From an uncultured Gammaproteobacteria bacterium (GTDB lineage: Bacteria > Patescibacteriota > Microgenomatia > UBA8517), in contig CAZSLA010000002.1 of assembly GCA_964607795.1 (NCBI GenBank), forward strand, positions 1 through 50,886: 50,886 bases of DNA. Reading direction: 5' to 3'. This document shows positions 8,976 to 18,704 of the stretch, piece after piece; the first letter of the stretch is position 1; each line of letters opens with the position of its first letter. Position numbers and translations under genes: made by a program. The notes below the pieces were generated by a model that saw nothing but the letters and a program-made list of their open reading frames with translations, did not search any database and was not told the origin of the DNA.

Positions 8976-9650
8976 TTAAATGCGCATGACAGGATTTTTA
9001 TATCGCAAATCCACTTCACGCGCAGCATCTACCTTTTCTATTCTAGATTCTTCCTTCTCACTCTTCAACCATGAAAGAATCAAATTGTACGATCCCAAGA
9101 CTACATCCAAGTCGCCTTCAAGGGGCAGTAAAAAATTGACGTTGTCTTTGTTGACCAACAAGTGATCCTTTTTCATTATAGAAGAATTTACATTAAAATT
9201 GGTGAATAATTCGTATTGCAGATTTGCTGCGAAGGTAAGCTCCTCGGTAGAGTGGCCCACTTCCGAGATGATAATTATGGGGAGCAGAGTGGAACTATCC
9301 TCCTCCAAGACCACGCCTTCCCTGTCCACCAAAATATAGTCAGAGGCATTTTTACGCAAAATCGCCACCTGGGGCTTGCGCTCGAGAACCTTTACTTGCA
9401 GAGTTTTTGGGGGTGTATAATTGATCACAAACTCTTTGACCCTTTTATTTTTACCCAGAGTTATGTTTATTTTTTCTTTGCTGTCTTTCAGACTCCCCAG
9501 CTTAATGCCCCCAAGCTCATCTGTAATATTCAGGTTGCACTCCCCAAATTGACTGGAGCAGCTAATCCTATTTATTTTAATGAGCCTTGAGCTTAAAGCA
9601 ATTCCCCCCAATAAAATTATAAATGCCAAAGCTAATAAAAATTTCTTCAT
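8976..9650 (-). CDS. ftsQ: Cell division protein FtsQ/DivIB-like
   Basis: 224 aa with one N-terminal TM helix followed by a POTRA-like domain. It sits in the conserved murG / ftsQ / ftsA position. Confidence 0.72.
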   Translation of the reverse strand: MKKFLLALAFIILLGGIALSSRLIKINRISCSSQFGECNLNITDELGGIKLGSLKDSKEKINITLGKNKRVKEFVINYTPPKTLQVKVLERKPQVAILRKNASDYILVDREGVVLEEDSSTLLPIIIISEVGHSTEELTFAANLQYELFTNFNVNSSIMKKDHLLVNKDNVNFLLPLEGDLDVVLGSYNLILSWLKSEKEESRIEKVDAAREVDLRYKNPVMRI

Positions 9651-10774
9651 TGCAGAAAATCATCCAAAAGCTTTACCAGATTTTTATGGGCACGGGCATC
9701 AATATTTTTAAAAGCCCGTGCTTGATGAACCATCTTGTACCAGTTTTTTTTAATTTCATACAAGGTTTTCAAAAGAAACTCCGGATTTAAAGCATCCTGA
9801 CTGATAATCCTCGCAATGCCTGTTATTTCGGCCATTTTGGCATTTTTATATTGCTCGTTTTGCTGCACCCAGGGAATGGGAATCAAGATGCTTGGGAGCC
9901 TCAGATAAATTATTTCTGAAACCGTATTGGCTCCTGCGCGCCCGACCAGAATGTCCGCGCGATTAAAAACCCCGTTTATTTCAGCCTCAGGGTAAAATGG
10001 CTTCACCTCATAATAATTTTTATTTTTACCTAAAGCAGTTCTGATTTTTTTAAATTCCCTAAAGTCGACGTCGGAGCATTGGTGAATAATGGAAAAATCT
10101 TGGATTAATTTGCTGACAATTTCTTTGAGTGCATTATTAATCCACACAGACCCGCGCGAGCCACCGGTAACAAAAATGGTAGGGCGGGCGGGTAAATTAC
10201 TTTTTATTGGCACCGAGCGGATGCTCTGCCTTATAGGGTTTCCAACTAAAACAATTTTTTTAGCTGGGAAAAACTTGCAGCTTTCTTCCCTTGAGATCGC
10301 AATTTTGCTGGCGAAAGGGGCACTTAGTCTGTTTGCCATGCCCGCCGCTGTAGTCTGCTCATGGATAACAACCGGTATTTTTTTAAGCCAGGCAAACACA
10401 ACCAACGGGAAAGCAGCAAAGCCACCAAAAGAAAGGATAATCTCGGGTCTGAGTCCATTTATAACCCCCAACGCATCCCAAAAGCCAAGTGGCACTTTAA
10501 GTATAGCCCACAAGCTATAACGGGTCAGTTTTCTTTGCCATCTGCCTGCGCGCACGGGATGGCAGACAACACCTTTTTCAGGAAAAACTTTAAATTCAAA
10601 GGTCTGGGCTTTGGAGCCTTCTTTGGAATATTTAGGCCCTGCCCAATGGATGTTTTTAAAGCCCTGACAAACAAGCTCCTCAACAATGGCAAGAGCTGTG
10701 CTACCCGCATGGCCGCCGGTTAAAAGTAAGAGTTTACTTTCTTTTTCTGACTTTTGGGTTTTGGATTTCTGCAT
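9647..10774 (-). CDS. murG: Lipid II synthase MurG (undecaprenyldiphospho-muramoylpentapeptide beta-N-acetylglucosaminyltransferase)
   Basis: 375 aa GT28-like protein: N-terminal LLTGGHAGS loop, FVTGGSRGS, and C-terminal GRAGANTVSE. In dcw context. The extreme N-terminus overlaps the ftsW 3' end by 41 nt. Confidence 0.88.
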   Translation of the reverse strand: MQKSKTQKSEKESKLLLLTGGHAGSTALAIVEELVCQGFKNIHWAGPKYSKEGSKAQTFEFKVFPEKGVVCHPVRAGRWQRKLTRYSLWAILKVPLGFWDALGVINGLRPEIILSFGGFAAFPLVVFAWLKKIPVVIHEQTTAAGMANRLSAPFASKIAISREESCKFFPAKKIVLVGNPIRQSIRSVPIKSNLPARPTIFVTGGSRGSVWINNALKEIVSKLIQDFSIIHQCSDVDFREFKKIRTALGKNKNYYEVKPFYPEAEINGVFNRADILVGRAGANTVSEIIYLRLPSILIPIPWVQQNEQYKNAKMAEITGIARIISQDALNPEFLLKTLYEIKKNWYKMVHQARAFKNIDARAHKNLVKLLDDFLQ

Positions 10775-11906
10775 GCTTTGAGATACTTAATAGTATACCA
10801 ACAGCAATGAGCGTCGCGGTAAGATTGCTTCCGCCATAGCTAAAAAATGGCAAGGGGATGCCCGTGATGGGCGTAAGCGCCACCATGGAGGCAAGGTTTA
10901 AAAACATTTGGATCCCGATCCACACTCCCAGACCGGTTGCTAAAACGTATGAAAAAGTGTCCGGTGCCTGCTTGGCAATCCTAAAAATGCGCATTAAAAA
11001 TATGGTTAATAAAAATACAACCACAATTGAACCGACAAATCCAACTTCTTCTCCGATAACCGCAAACACAGAATCTGTGGCCGTTTCCGGCAAAAATAAA
11101 TGCTTTTGTCGCGAATTACCAAGGCCTATACCCAAAAGCCCGCCCGAGCCCAGAGCAATTAAAATCTGGCGGATGTGATACGAGCTTCCTAAAGGATCAG
11201 CAGATGTTTGCAGATAAGTCATCAGGCGCTCACGCCTGTAATCCGAAAAAACAACAACCAAAGTAGCCAAAAAGCCCCCAAACCCGCCCATACCAACAAA
11301 ATAGATCCAGGGGGAGTCAGCCACAAAAAGCTGGGCCATGACAATGGTGACGATTACCAATGTTGTGCCAAAATCCGGCTGAAGCATGATTAAAAACACA
11401 CCAACTCCCAAATATAAAATGGGGAGCCATAGGTTGGAGCTGCGCTCTGCCCAGCGGGCGACGACCACAGCGATGGCAATTTTCAAAAGCTCCGCAGGCT
11501 GGATACCGATGGGTCCAAATCTTAGCCAACGCCTGGCGCCCAAAACGCGCGAGCCAAACCCAGGCACCAGGACAAGCACCAAAAGGATCAAAACAGCAAA
11601 AAACACCAAACCTCCGTACTTGTACCAAAATCGATACGGCAAATTGGCAATAATTATAAGCGACACCAGGCCAATTCCGGCCCACATTAGTTGCTGCTTG
11701 GCAAAGAAATAAGCATCGGAATAGACGCTAAGCGCCTGGGGCGAGGAAGAATCAGCCACGGCAACTATCCCCAATGTAGTTAAAACCAAAGTCAAAAAAA
11801 ACAAGCCCTTGTCTAGCGAGCCTTTTTTTGCGTAATCAGCTTTATTTTTTTGTCTTCTTGTTTTTTGCACATTAGATCGTGGCAAGCCACAGGCCAAATA
11901 CTGCAA
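10734..11906 (-). CDS. ftsW: SEDS-family lipid II polymerase FtsW
   Basis: 390 aa polytopic protein with LPETATDSVFA and GIPLPFFSYGGS. The ATG at 11906 overlaps mraY by 35 nt. A GTG at 11869, directly after the mraY stop, is an alternative start. Confidence 0.88.
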   Translation of the reverse strand: MQYLACGLPRSNVQKTRRQKNKADYAKKGSLDKGLFFLTLVLTTLGIVAVADSSSPQALSVYSDAYFFAKQQLMWAGIGLVSLIIIANLPYRFWYKYGGLVFFAVLILLVLVLVPGFGSRVLGARRWLRFGPIGIQPAELLKIAIAVVVARWAERSSNLWLPILYLGVGVFLIMLQPDFGTTLVIVTIVMAQLFVADSPWIYFVGMGGFGGFLATLVVVFSDYRRERLMTYLQTSADPLGSSYHIRQILIALGSGGLLGIGLGNSRQKHLFLPETATDSVFAVIGEEVGFVGSIVVVFLLTIFLMRIFRIAKQAPDTFSYVLATGLGVWIGIQMFLNLASMVALTPITGIPLPFFSYGGSNLTATLIAVGILLSISKHAEIQNPKVRKRK

Positions 11907-12918
11907 ACACTATGCCCATGAGCCAAGCCCGCATGACGATTTTGGGTTCTTCCCAGCCCAGCGCCAAAAAGGTGTGGTGGATGGGCGCCAGAGGAAAAAT
12001 TGGCCGCTTTAAGTATTTCCAGCTAAGGATTTGGATAAGGGAAGATGCAGCCTCAATAACAAAAGGTGCACCGATAATAAACAAGGCCGCCACATTTCCC
12101 AGTAAAAGTCCGATGATCGCAATCATTGCCCCAAAGCTCAGGGCTCCGGCATCCCCCAGCCAGATGCGCGCTGGCCAGACATTAAAGTATAAAAATGCCA
12201 AAAGACTCCCCAGCCAAAGGCCGATAAAAATAAACAAGGGCGTATCCAGGGCAGTCGCAGCAATAAACACATAAGCCATTAAATAAATAAGAAGAAGTCC
12301 GGAAGCAAGCCCGTCCAGGCCATCGGTGAAATTAAAAGCATTGGCGAAAAAAATAATTACAAAAGCCGAAAAAGGAATATAAAATATTCCTAAATTAAGG
12401 ACAATATCTAAAATCGGAATATACAAAATATGAATGCCCAATAAAAAGTAAAGCATGCAGGCCGAAACAAGAGACAGGACAAACTGCAGGGCAAATTTTA
12501 CTTTTTTGCTTAAGCCAAAAACTGCCCCAAGATGACCCTTTTTCGGTTTACCGAAAGTCTTAACATAATCATCCAAAAGGCCGAGAAGTCCGAAAGAAAT
12601 AAAAGTAAAAAAGATAACGCTTAGTTCGTGTCGAAGGTTATACGAACTTTCTACAAACACTCCCATGTAATCAATCAAAGGGAAGACAAAACTAAAAAGC
12701 ACACTAATGATAATTATTAGCAGTATCCCTCCGCCGATAGGAGTGCCCGCTTTTTTGTCATGCAACCTGTCAAAGAGTGTTTTTTTGCCCTTTCCGCCCT
12801 CTATCCTACGCGTCAATTTAACTTTATAAAGAAAATTTATAAAGGGCACGGTGAAGATGCTACTTATAAAAAAGGAAAATAAAATCAGCCCCAAAGCCAA
12901 AGGTAGAATATTTTGCAT
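11872..12918 (-). CDS. mraY: Phospho-N-acetylmuramoyl-pentapeptide transferase MraY
   Basis: 348 aa with the motif NAFNFTDGLDGLASG and a polytopic membrane profile. Confidence 0.96.
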   Translation of the reverse strand: MQNILPLALGLILFSFFISSIFTVPFINFLYKVKLTRRIEGGKGKKTLFDRLHDKKAGTPIGGGILLIIIISVLFSFVFPLIDYMGVFVESSYNLRHELSVIFFTFISFGLLGLLDDYVKTFGKPKKGHLGAVFGLSKKVKFALQFVLSLVSACMLYFLLGIHILYIPILDIVLNLGIFYIPFSAFVIIFFANAFNFTDGLDGLASGLLLIYLMAYVFIAATALDTPLFIFIGLWLGSLLAFLYFNVWPARIWLGDAGALSFGAMIAIIGLLLGNVAALFIIGAPFVIEAASSLIQILSWKYLKRPIFPLAPIHHTFLALGWEEPKIVMRAWLMGIVFAVFGLWLATI

Positions 12919-12963
12919 ACTTTTAGACTACTATAATTATACACACAAGCAGATAAAATCAAA

Positions 12964-13980
12964 CTAAAGCCTTCTTACTTTTTTGCGGATTTGCTCAAAA
13001 GTATAAGTTAACCAATAGCAGTTTGATAGCTTAAGGTCATGAGCATGCATCCAGTCGATCCTTTCCCCGCCAAAACCTGTCTTAAAAACTGTTACCCCGT
13101 AAAATCTGTGCTTAGGATTATTGGTTGGAGCAATACCCCAAAAATTATAATAGGCAATTTTTCTCTGTTTTGCTTCTTTTATCGTAGCCCACTGCAAAAA
13201 ATAAGATGAGGGGATTTTGAGAAACTTTGTTGAGGAAGCGCTAAAATGGTAATAGGCGGTATCGCCATAAAAAACTATAATTGCGGTTGAAAGAATATTC
13301 CTGCCTTTTTTTACGACAAATTGCAAAGCCTGGCCGTCTTTGCCAAATGCCTGCATCTGGGCATAGAATAATTTTTTACTGAACGGGACAAATCCATGCC
13401 TTTTAGAGGTTTCCTTTTGTAATTTAGACAATAAATGCACAAATTTTATACCATCGGTTTTTTCTAGAGTCAAGCCCGCATTCAGACTGCGCTTGATAGA
13501 ATACCTGGTTTGTTTTCTCATTCCCAACAAAATTTTTTCTTCGGAAGGTGAAATATCCAAAACCCAGGTATTCTCGGCATGAAGGTGCATGGGAGAAGCT
13601 ATAAAGCCAAGTTTTCTAAACAGCTTTCTATGGCGCTCACTGGCAACAAGCTCTGGCCGTACTCTAATAAACCAGGCATTATCTTTTTTGCCATACTCCT
13701 TTAAAGTAGAAACAAATAGCCTGACAAGCGCTTTATCAGACCAGTCAATTAAAGGACCGGCCGGTACCTGGAGATACTTTCCCCTTTTTGCAGACTCGGA
13801 AATTATTAAGCACACACCAACGAGCTTCGTGTCTTTAAAAAATCCTATCCGGTAGATATTATGACCGATAAGTTTGTTGGTCTCTCCCCAGTTCCAAGAT
13901 TGTAAAAAAGAATGAGGCTTGTATTTTATAACAAAGCTTTCCCATTCAGTCTTATCTGATATTTCCCTTGCTTTATACAT
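12964..13980 (-). CDS. FemAB-family aminoacyl-tRNA-dependent peptidoglycan branch transferase (FemX-like)
   Basis: 338 aa with N-terminal HSFLQSWNWGE and C-terminal FWGIAP...GVTVFKTGFGG, typical of the FemAB/FemX family. Confidence 0.82.
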   Translation of the reverse strand: MYKAREISDKTEWESFVIKYKPHSFLQSWNWGETNKLIGHNIYRIGFFKDTKLVGVCLIISESAKRGKYLQVPAGPLIDWSDKALVRLFVSTLKEYGKKDNAWFIRVRPELVASERHRKLFRKLGFIASPMHLHAENTWVLDISPSEEKILLGMRKQTRYSIKRSLNAGLTLEKTDGIKFVHLLSKLQKETSKRHGFVPFSKKLFYAQMQAFGKDGQALQFVVKKGRNILSTAIIVFYGDTAYYHFSASSTKFLKIPSSYFLQWATIKEAKQRKIAYYNFWGIAPTNNPKHRFYGVTVFKTGFGGERIDWMHAHDLKLSNCYWLTYTFEQIRKKVRRL

Positions 13981-15202
13981 TTTCTTTTATAATTCTTGTA
14001 ACTTTATTTGCCTGCGATAAAGATAAGGTGGGGTAGGTGGGCAAATTAATAGTGGATCTGGCCAATTTTTCGGCATTAGGGCAAGATCCTGTTTTATATT
14101 TTAGTAACTTGAGGTCTTTTGCCGGGGTAACAATATGTGAATACCAATCTCCAAGCAAAACTCCTTTTTGTTTTGCCTTCTTAAAAACCAATTTACTTTT
14201 TGATAAAGAAACAGGAATTCTTAGCCACACAGGCTCACCCCTCACTTTAGGAAAAGTAATCGCATCCAAATTAATGTTATTTTTGTAATAAGCATATATT
14301 AGCTTGCGATGGTTGTTGTATTTATTTAGTTTCATTAGTTGGTGAGCCGCAAGTACCGCTAAGGCTGGAGACATTTTTTTAGGAAACGCAGCCGGTTGAC
14401 CACCGACTTTTTCTTCATCATATATCGCTTTTGTAAGTAATTTAACTTTTTGCAAAGATATCAATAGTACTTTTCCTAATCCTAAATTATAAAAAGGAAG
14501 AATTAAAAACAGAGCAATCGGATGCAATAATTGTTGGAATGTCCAATAGCGGCTTGGTTCTTCAACATTTTTTAATTCAAGTTTCACTTTTTCATAAATA
14601 GACTTTTTATTTGCTAGGATCATGCCACCAAACACTGAAGATATAATTTTGTCGCGGCCAAAACTAAAAAACGAAACATCCCCAAACGTACCCACTTTTC
14701 TATTATTCAGCTCAGCTCCAAGTGAATGGGCGCAGTCTTCAATCAGAAACAGCTTATGCTTATCTGCTATTTTTTTTATTTTTTCGATGTCCGCTGGAAT
14801 ACCAAATGTATGTTGTATTACGATTGCTTTGGTCTTTTTTGTTATCTTTTTTCCCAGGCCTTCGGGGTCCATGTTATATGAGTCGTCAATATCAATGTAT
14901 TTTGGTGTCGCGCCTAACCATAAAATGGAATTCGGAACAGACACACAAGTAAAGGCTTGCACAAGAACCTCATCCGCACATCCAATTCCCAGGGCCTTTA
15001 AAATTACATATAGAGCGCTACGTCCCGAATTCACTGAAAGCACAAAACTTTTTGTACCAAATATTTTTTTAAACTCGTGTTTGAAAGTTCGTATTTCTTT
15101 TTTATTTTTCCAGCGTCTTGGTGAAAATAGCATTCTCAAAGCAAGCCCTACATCGTCCATTTCCGTGTTGGGTGAGAGCGATATTGCTATTGGTCTAATC
15201 AT
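13973..15202 (-). CDS. DegT/DnrJ/EryC1/StrS-family PLP-dependent aminotransferase
   Basis: 409 aa with EVLVQAFTCVSVPNS, IEDCAHSLGA, and a candidate Schiff-base lysine in FSFGRDKIIS. Overlaps murF by 4 nt and femX by 8 nt. Confidence 0.82.
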   Translation of the reverse strand: MIRPIAISLSPNTEMDDVGLALRMLFSPRRWKNKKEIRTFKHEFKKIFGTKSFVLSVNSGRSALYVILKALGIGCADEVLVQAFTCVSVPNSILWLGATPKYIDIDDSYNMDPEGLGKKITKKTKAIVIQHTFGIPADIEKIKKIADKHKLFLIEDCAHSLGAELNNRKVGTFGDVSFFSFGRDKIISSVFGGMILANKKSIYEKVKLELKNVEEPSRYWTFQQLLHPIALFLILPFYNLGLGKVLLISLQKVKLLTKAIYDEEKVGGQPAAFPKKMSPALAVLAAHQLMKLNKYNNHRKLIYAYYKNNINLDAITFPKVRGEPVWLRIPVSLSKSKLVFKKAKQKGVLLGDWYSHIVTPAKDLKLLKYKTGSCPNAEKLARSTINLPTYPTLSLSQANKVTRIIKENV

Positions 15203-16767
15203 TTTAGAGTTTTTATGTAATTTATAACTTCCGAGGGTAGTCTGCCCTCCAAAAGAATAACATATTTCCCTTTTACCAAGTCATCGACCTTTGTGTTTAT
15301 TTTTTTACTGTCTTTAATTAAATAAATTTCAGCTCTCCCATTGACTCCCCTGGCAAAGGCTTTTAAGAAGGATTTATGGGTAATCACAATCTGTTCACAT
15401 ACGTCTCCGGCCAGTTTGCCTAGCTTTTTGTGAATATCAAATGCCTTGCTGCCAAGCTCAATTATACCGGTTGTAACGACTGCTCTTTTTGCACCCTTGT
15501 GACTGTAGAGATAATTTAAGGCAGATTCAAATCCCTGGGGCGTAGCATTATATGTGTCATCAATAATTACGGCACCGTTTTGAGTTTTTCTTATATTCAT
15601 GGTGTTTTCCGGTAAAGTGAGATTTTGAATGCCAGCACCAATCCTATTCCAACTCACTTTATAGTGCCGGCTAACAGCAATGGCAGCACACAAGTTCTCC
15701 AGGAAAAAATCCACTACAAATGGGGCAAAAAATTCAAACCAACCCTTACCCTCGCTAACTTTAAATTTAATACCCTCCATTGTTGTCGCTATTTTTTTCA
15801 TTTTTATGCCTGTAGAAGTTCCAGTGCCATACGTCTTGATAAGCAAATCTTTATTTAGATTTTTTGACCAAACCGCGAGTTCATGGGTGTACTTGTTGTT
15901 TGCATTCAAAAGTACCAGCGCCTTTTGTGGCAGCGATTCGATTAGCTCGAATTTTGTCTTTTTTATTTCTTCTATCCCACCAAAAAGATCAAGGTGTTGC
16001 GGTTCTATTCCTGTGATTACGGCTACTTCCGGATTGGCAATCTCTGTTATTGCACGGATTTCTCCTTTCTTATAAGCGCCCATCTCAACAACAAAGAAAT
16101 CAGCTTTTTTGTCAAACTCTTGACATATTTTTCTGATCACACCAAATACAGTGTTTTCATTTTTTCTCGTTTTTTCTACCCGATACGCCTGGCTTAACAA
16201 ATGTGCTGTAAATTCTTTAGTGGTTGTTTTGCCATAACTACCGGTAATTCCAATGACAACAGGTTTTACCTTGGATAAAATTTTTTTTGCCTCGGCGACT
16301 TCTTTGTTTTTTGCGGACAAAACCAACGGATGGGTGATCCATATTCCAATAATCGGAGCATAAACTAAAGATAATTCACCCAACAGTAACCCCAGTGTTC
16401 CGTATAAAATAAAAATTACAATTGAAAAAAATGAAAATAATAATCCTGTTGAAAGTATAATCTTTGATCTTTGAGTAAACTGCGGCCTTTTTAACTTTTT
16501 TCTATATATTCTCCAAAGAAATAATAGATCTAAATAAATAAATATAGCTGCCAAAAACGGCCAATATCCCAAAATAATTAAAAGCAGCTTAAGCAATAAA
16601 AAATGTATCCCCAGGCTTTCAAAAAGCCCATCACTCATTTTAAGAAGAACCTTAAATCTGTCAAATCTGTACTCCTTTACCTGCCACCAATAAATCCACG
16701 TCAAGCTGGAAAATAATATTTGCGGTAACCATAATAAAATAATTATGCTTTGCTGGATTTGTGCCAT
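15199..16767 (-). CDS. murF: MurF-like Mur ligase fused to an N-terminal polytopic membrane domain
   Basis: 522 aa. Residues ~1-150 form 4-5 hydrophobic helices. They are followed by the Mur ligase P-loop GITGSYGKTTTKE, EMGAYKKGEI, and ITGIEPQHLD. The usual soluble N-terminal UDP-binding domain appears absent. Confidence 0.8.
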   Translation of the reverse strand: MAQIQQSIIILLWLPQILFSSLTWIYWWQVKEYRFDRFKVLLKMSDGLFESLGIHFLLLKLLLIILGYWPFLAAIFIYLDLLFLWRIYRKKLKRPQFTQRSKIILSTGLLFSFFSIVIFILYGTLGLLLGELSLVYAPIIGIWITHPLVLSAKNKEVAEAKKILSKVKPVVIGITGSYGKTTTKEFTAHLLSQAYRVEKTRKNENTVFGVIRKICQEFDKKADFFVVEMGAYKKGEIRAITEIANPEVAVITGIEPQHLDLFGGIEEIKKTKFELIESLPQKALVLLNANNKYTHELAVWSKNLNKDLLIKTYGTGTSTGIKMKKIATTMEGIKFKVSEGKGWFEFFAPFVVDFFLENLCAAIAVSRHYKVSWNRIGAGIQNLTLPENTMNIRKTQNGAVIIDDTYNATPQGFESALNYLYSHKGAKRAVVTTGIIELGSKAFDIHKKLGKLAGDVCEQIVITHKSFLKAFARGVNGRAEIYLIKDSKKINTKVDDLVKGKYVILLEGRLPSEVINYIKTLK

Positions 16768-17471
16768 GCTTCAATTTTCCCGGCCACTTCTTTGGGTTTT
16801 TTATATGGCAATTTGTGATCTTCATTGAGAAAAATGTAAATTGTTGCTTGCTTGATATTTTCTTCTAAGTAAAGAGCATCTTTGAGAGGAGTTGCTTTAT
16901 CCAGTTTTCCCCACACAATCAATGTGGGCATTGCTATTTGTTTTACTACTTTTTTGAGATCCTGTTTGATAACTCTTCTCATAATAAGCCGCATTTTAGA
17001 ACTCGACTTTTCGTAATCAAGTTCTTTGGAGGCTTTGTAAAGAAACCTTTGCCATACCTTGGCCAGAGTGGGAGCTAAATTTAATACTTTTCCCACTTTT
17101 GCCAAAAGCAAAAAGAAAATTCGTTTTGAAAGCCTAGCGCGCGATATGCCCGCGGCAGCGCATAAAATAACCCCGGCTATTCTATCTTTATTAGTAGCCG
17201 CCAGTTTAATTGCCAGCCTGCCGCCAAACGAATGGCCAAAAACAAAGAACTTTTTTCCTTTAAATTTTTTGAGCGACCTAGAATAAATATATTCCGAATA
17301 TTCGTCCACTCCCCAAATACCAACCGGCTCAGGAGCTCCAAAGCCCGGGATTTCGGGTAAAAATACTTCCCAACCTAAATTGCCAAGTTCTTTGGCAAGT
17401 GGTTTTAGCTTATTAGTATCTGCCCCCCACCCATGCAAAAGAACAATAAACTTAGCTTCTTTAGAAATCAT
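16743..17471 (-). CDS. Alpha/beta-fold hydrolase
   Basis: 242 aa with LLHGWG and the nucleophile elbow GHSFGG. A late His lies in EDHKLPY. Confidence 0.8.
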   Translation of the reverse strand: MISKEAKFIVLLHGWGADTNKLKPLAKELGNLGWEVFLPEIPGFGAPEPVGIWGVDEYSEYIYSRSLKKFKGKKFFVFGHSFGGRLAIKLAATNKDRIAGVILCAAAGISRARLSKRIFFLLLAKVGKVLNLAPTLAKVWQRFLYKASKELDYEKSSSKMRLIMRRVIKQDLKKVVKQIAMPTLIVWGKLDKATPLKDALYLEENIKQATIYIFLNEDHKLPYKKPKEVAGKIEAWHKSSKA

Positions 17472-17516
17472 CTCTGTTTAAATTATAACCACTATATTTG
17501 GTCTAACAAACCCCAA

Positions 17517-17853
17517 GTGATATTATACAGTATAAAGAAATTCAAGGGCAGTTCCAGCGTTACCATAGCATTGAGCTACATGGGGGCAGTAATAGGCGCG
17601 GGCTTTATTTCTGGGCAAGAACTTGCACAATTTTTTTACGATTTGGTTTAAGTGGATTTCTGTCATGGATCGTAGTGGGTATATGTACTGTAGCAGGTGG
17701 GTATTATGGAATTGTAGCGATAGCAAAAAAAAGATACATTCATTTAACGAATTAACTAGACCAATTTTTGGCCCCAAACTATCTCCCTTTGTGAATATTG
17801 TCTCATTGGGCTATTTGATTGGAGGTTTAATAATAATGATATCCGGAAGCGGC
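17517..17853 (+). pseudogene. 5' fragment of a YkvI-like membrane protein gene, with two frameshifts, then truncated
   Basis: Three frames join into VILYSIKKFKGSSSVTIALSYMGAVIGAGFISGQELAQFF / LRFGLSGFLSWIVVGICTVAGGYYGIVAIAKK / IHSFNELTRPIFGPKLSPFVNIVSLGYLIGGLIIMISGSG. The GAGFxSGQExxQFF motif is characteristic of YkvI. The frame changes fall at a T7 run (~17634-17640) and an A8 run (~17724-17731). Only ~110 of the expected ~350 codons are present. Confidence 0.6.
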
Positions 17854-18590
17854 TGTTCAGTTGGTGAAGTTTCATATGGCCCATTTCCAATAAGGGAAAT
17901 GTTCACCTCTATAAAATCTTTTGCCGATTCTTCTATTAATACTTTCGTATCATAAAAATAAGCTAATTCCAAAGCTTCTTTGAGCTCTATCTTATTATTA
18001 GCCATTGATATTCCTATTGAAGAACCCAGTCTAGCCGGTTTTATGTAAACCGGATATTTAAAATTTATAGGCAACTTCTGCCCTTTATCTAAAATAATAT
18101 GTTTTAAAACAGGAATTCCGGCATATTGTGCTACACTTTTCGACAAGGCTTTATCCACACCTATCGCTGAAGAATCTACCCCACAACCTATATAGGGTAC
18201 ATTTGCCGATTCCAATACTCCTTGAATAGAACCGTCCTCCCCATTTCGGCCGTGCAAGCAAGGAAAGGCGATGTCAAAATTTAATTTTCGATGAGTCTTA
18301 ACAAAAGAAAAATTTTCAGGTATTTCTTGTAAATAGAAATTTTTTACTTGTCCGCTTGGTAAAAACATCTTTGGTTTATTGTAAATTGCTTTTTCTTGAT
18401 CGGAAAAGGTTTTGGTGTCTAGAAAACTATCGTCGCCCGAAAACCACTGTCCTTCTTTGTTTATATAAATAGGTAGTATTTCATGTCTTGCGCCTTTTAA
18501 GGCGTGCATAAGTTGTATTGCCGTTATGATCGATACTTCATGTTCTGGAGATTTACCGCCAAATAACACCGCCACGGATTTTGTATGCAT
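17811..18590 (-). pseudogene. ddl: D-alanine--D-alanine ligase, truncated at the 3' end
   Basis: The N-terminal and central domains are intact (VAVLFGGKSPEHEVS, HGRNGEDGSIQG, VYIKPARLGSSIG). Similarity stops at ...LIGNGPYETSPTEQP (~17850). The last ~12 codons are the reverse complement of the ykvI-like fragment. About 100 C-terminal residues, including the Mg/ATP-binding residues, are missing. Confidence 0.72.
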
Positions 18591-18704
18591 AAATATATTT
18601 TATAACAAACAGTTGATATAATACATCATATTAAGGAAATTAAAAAAATATTCGATATCACAAGAGAGGGCAGGCTTGGCAAAGAGATAAAGCGTCAAAT
18701 ACGT

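Noticed and set aside
7710-8989. Several plus-strand ORFs of 68-189 aa antisense to ftsA.
   Set aside because: The same reasoning applies. They are shadow frames of a well-supported conserved gene, with no start context or recognisable domains.
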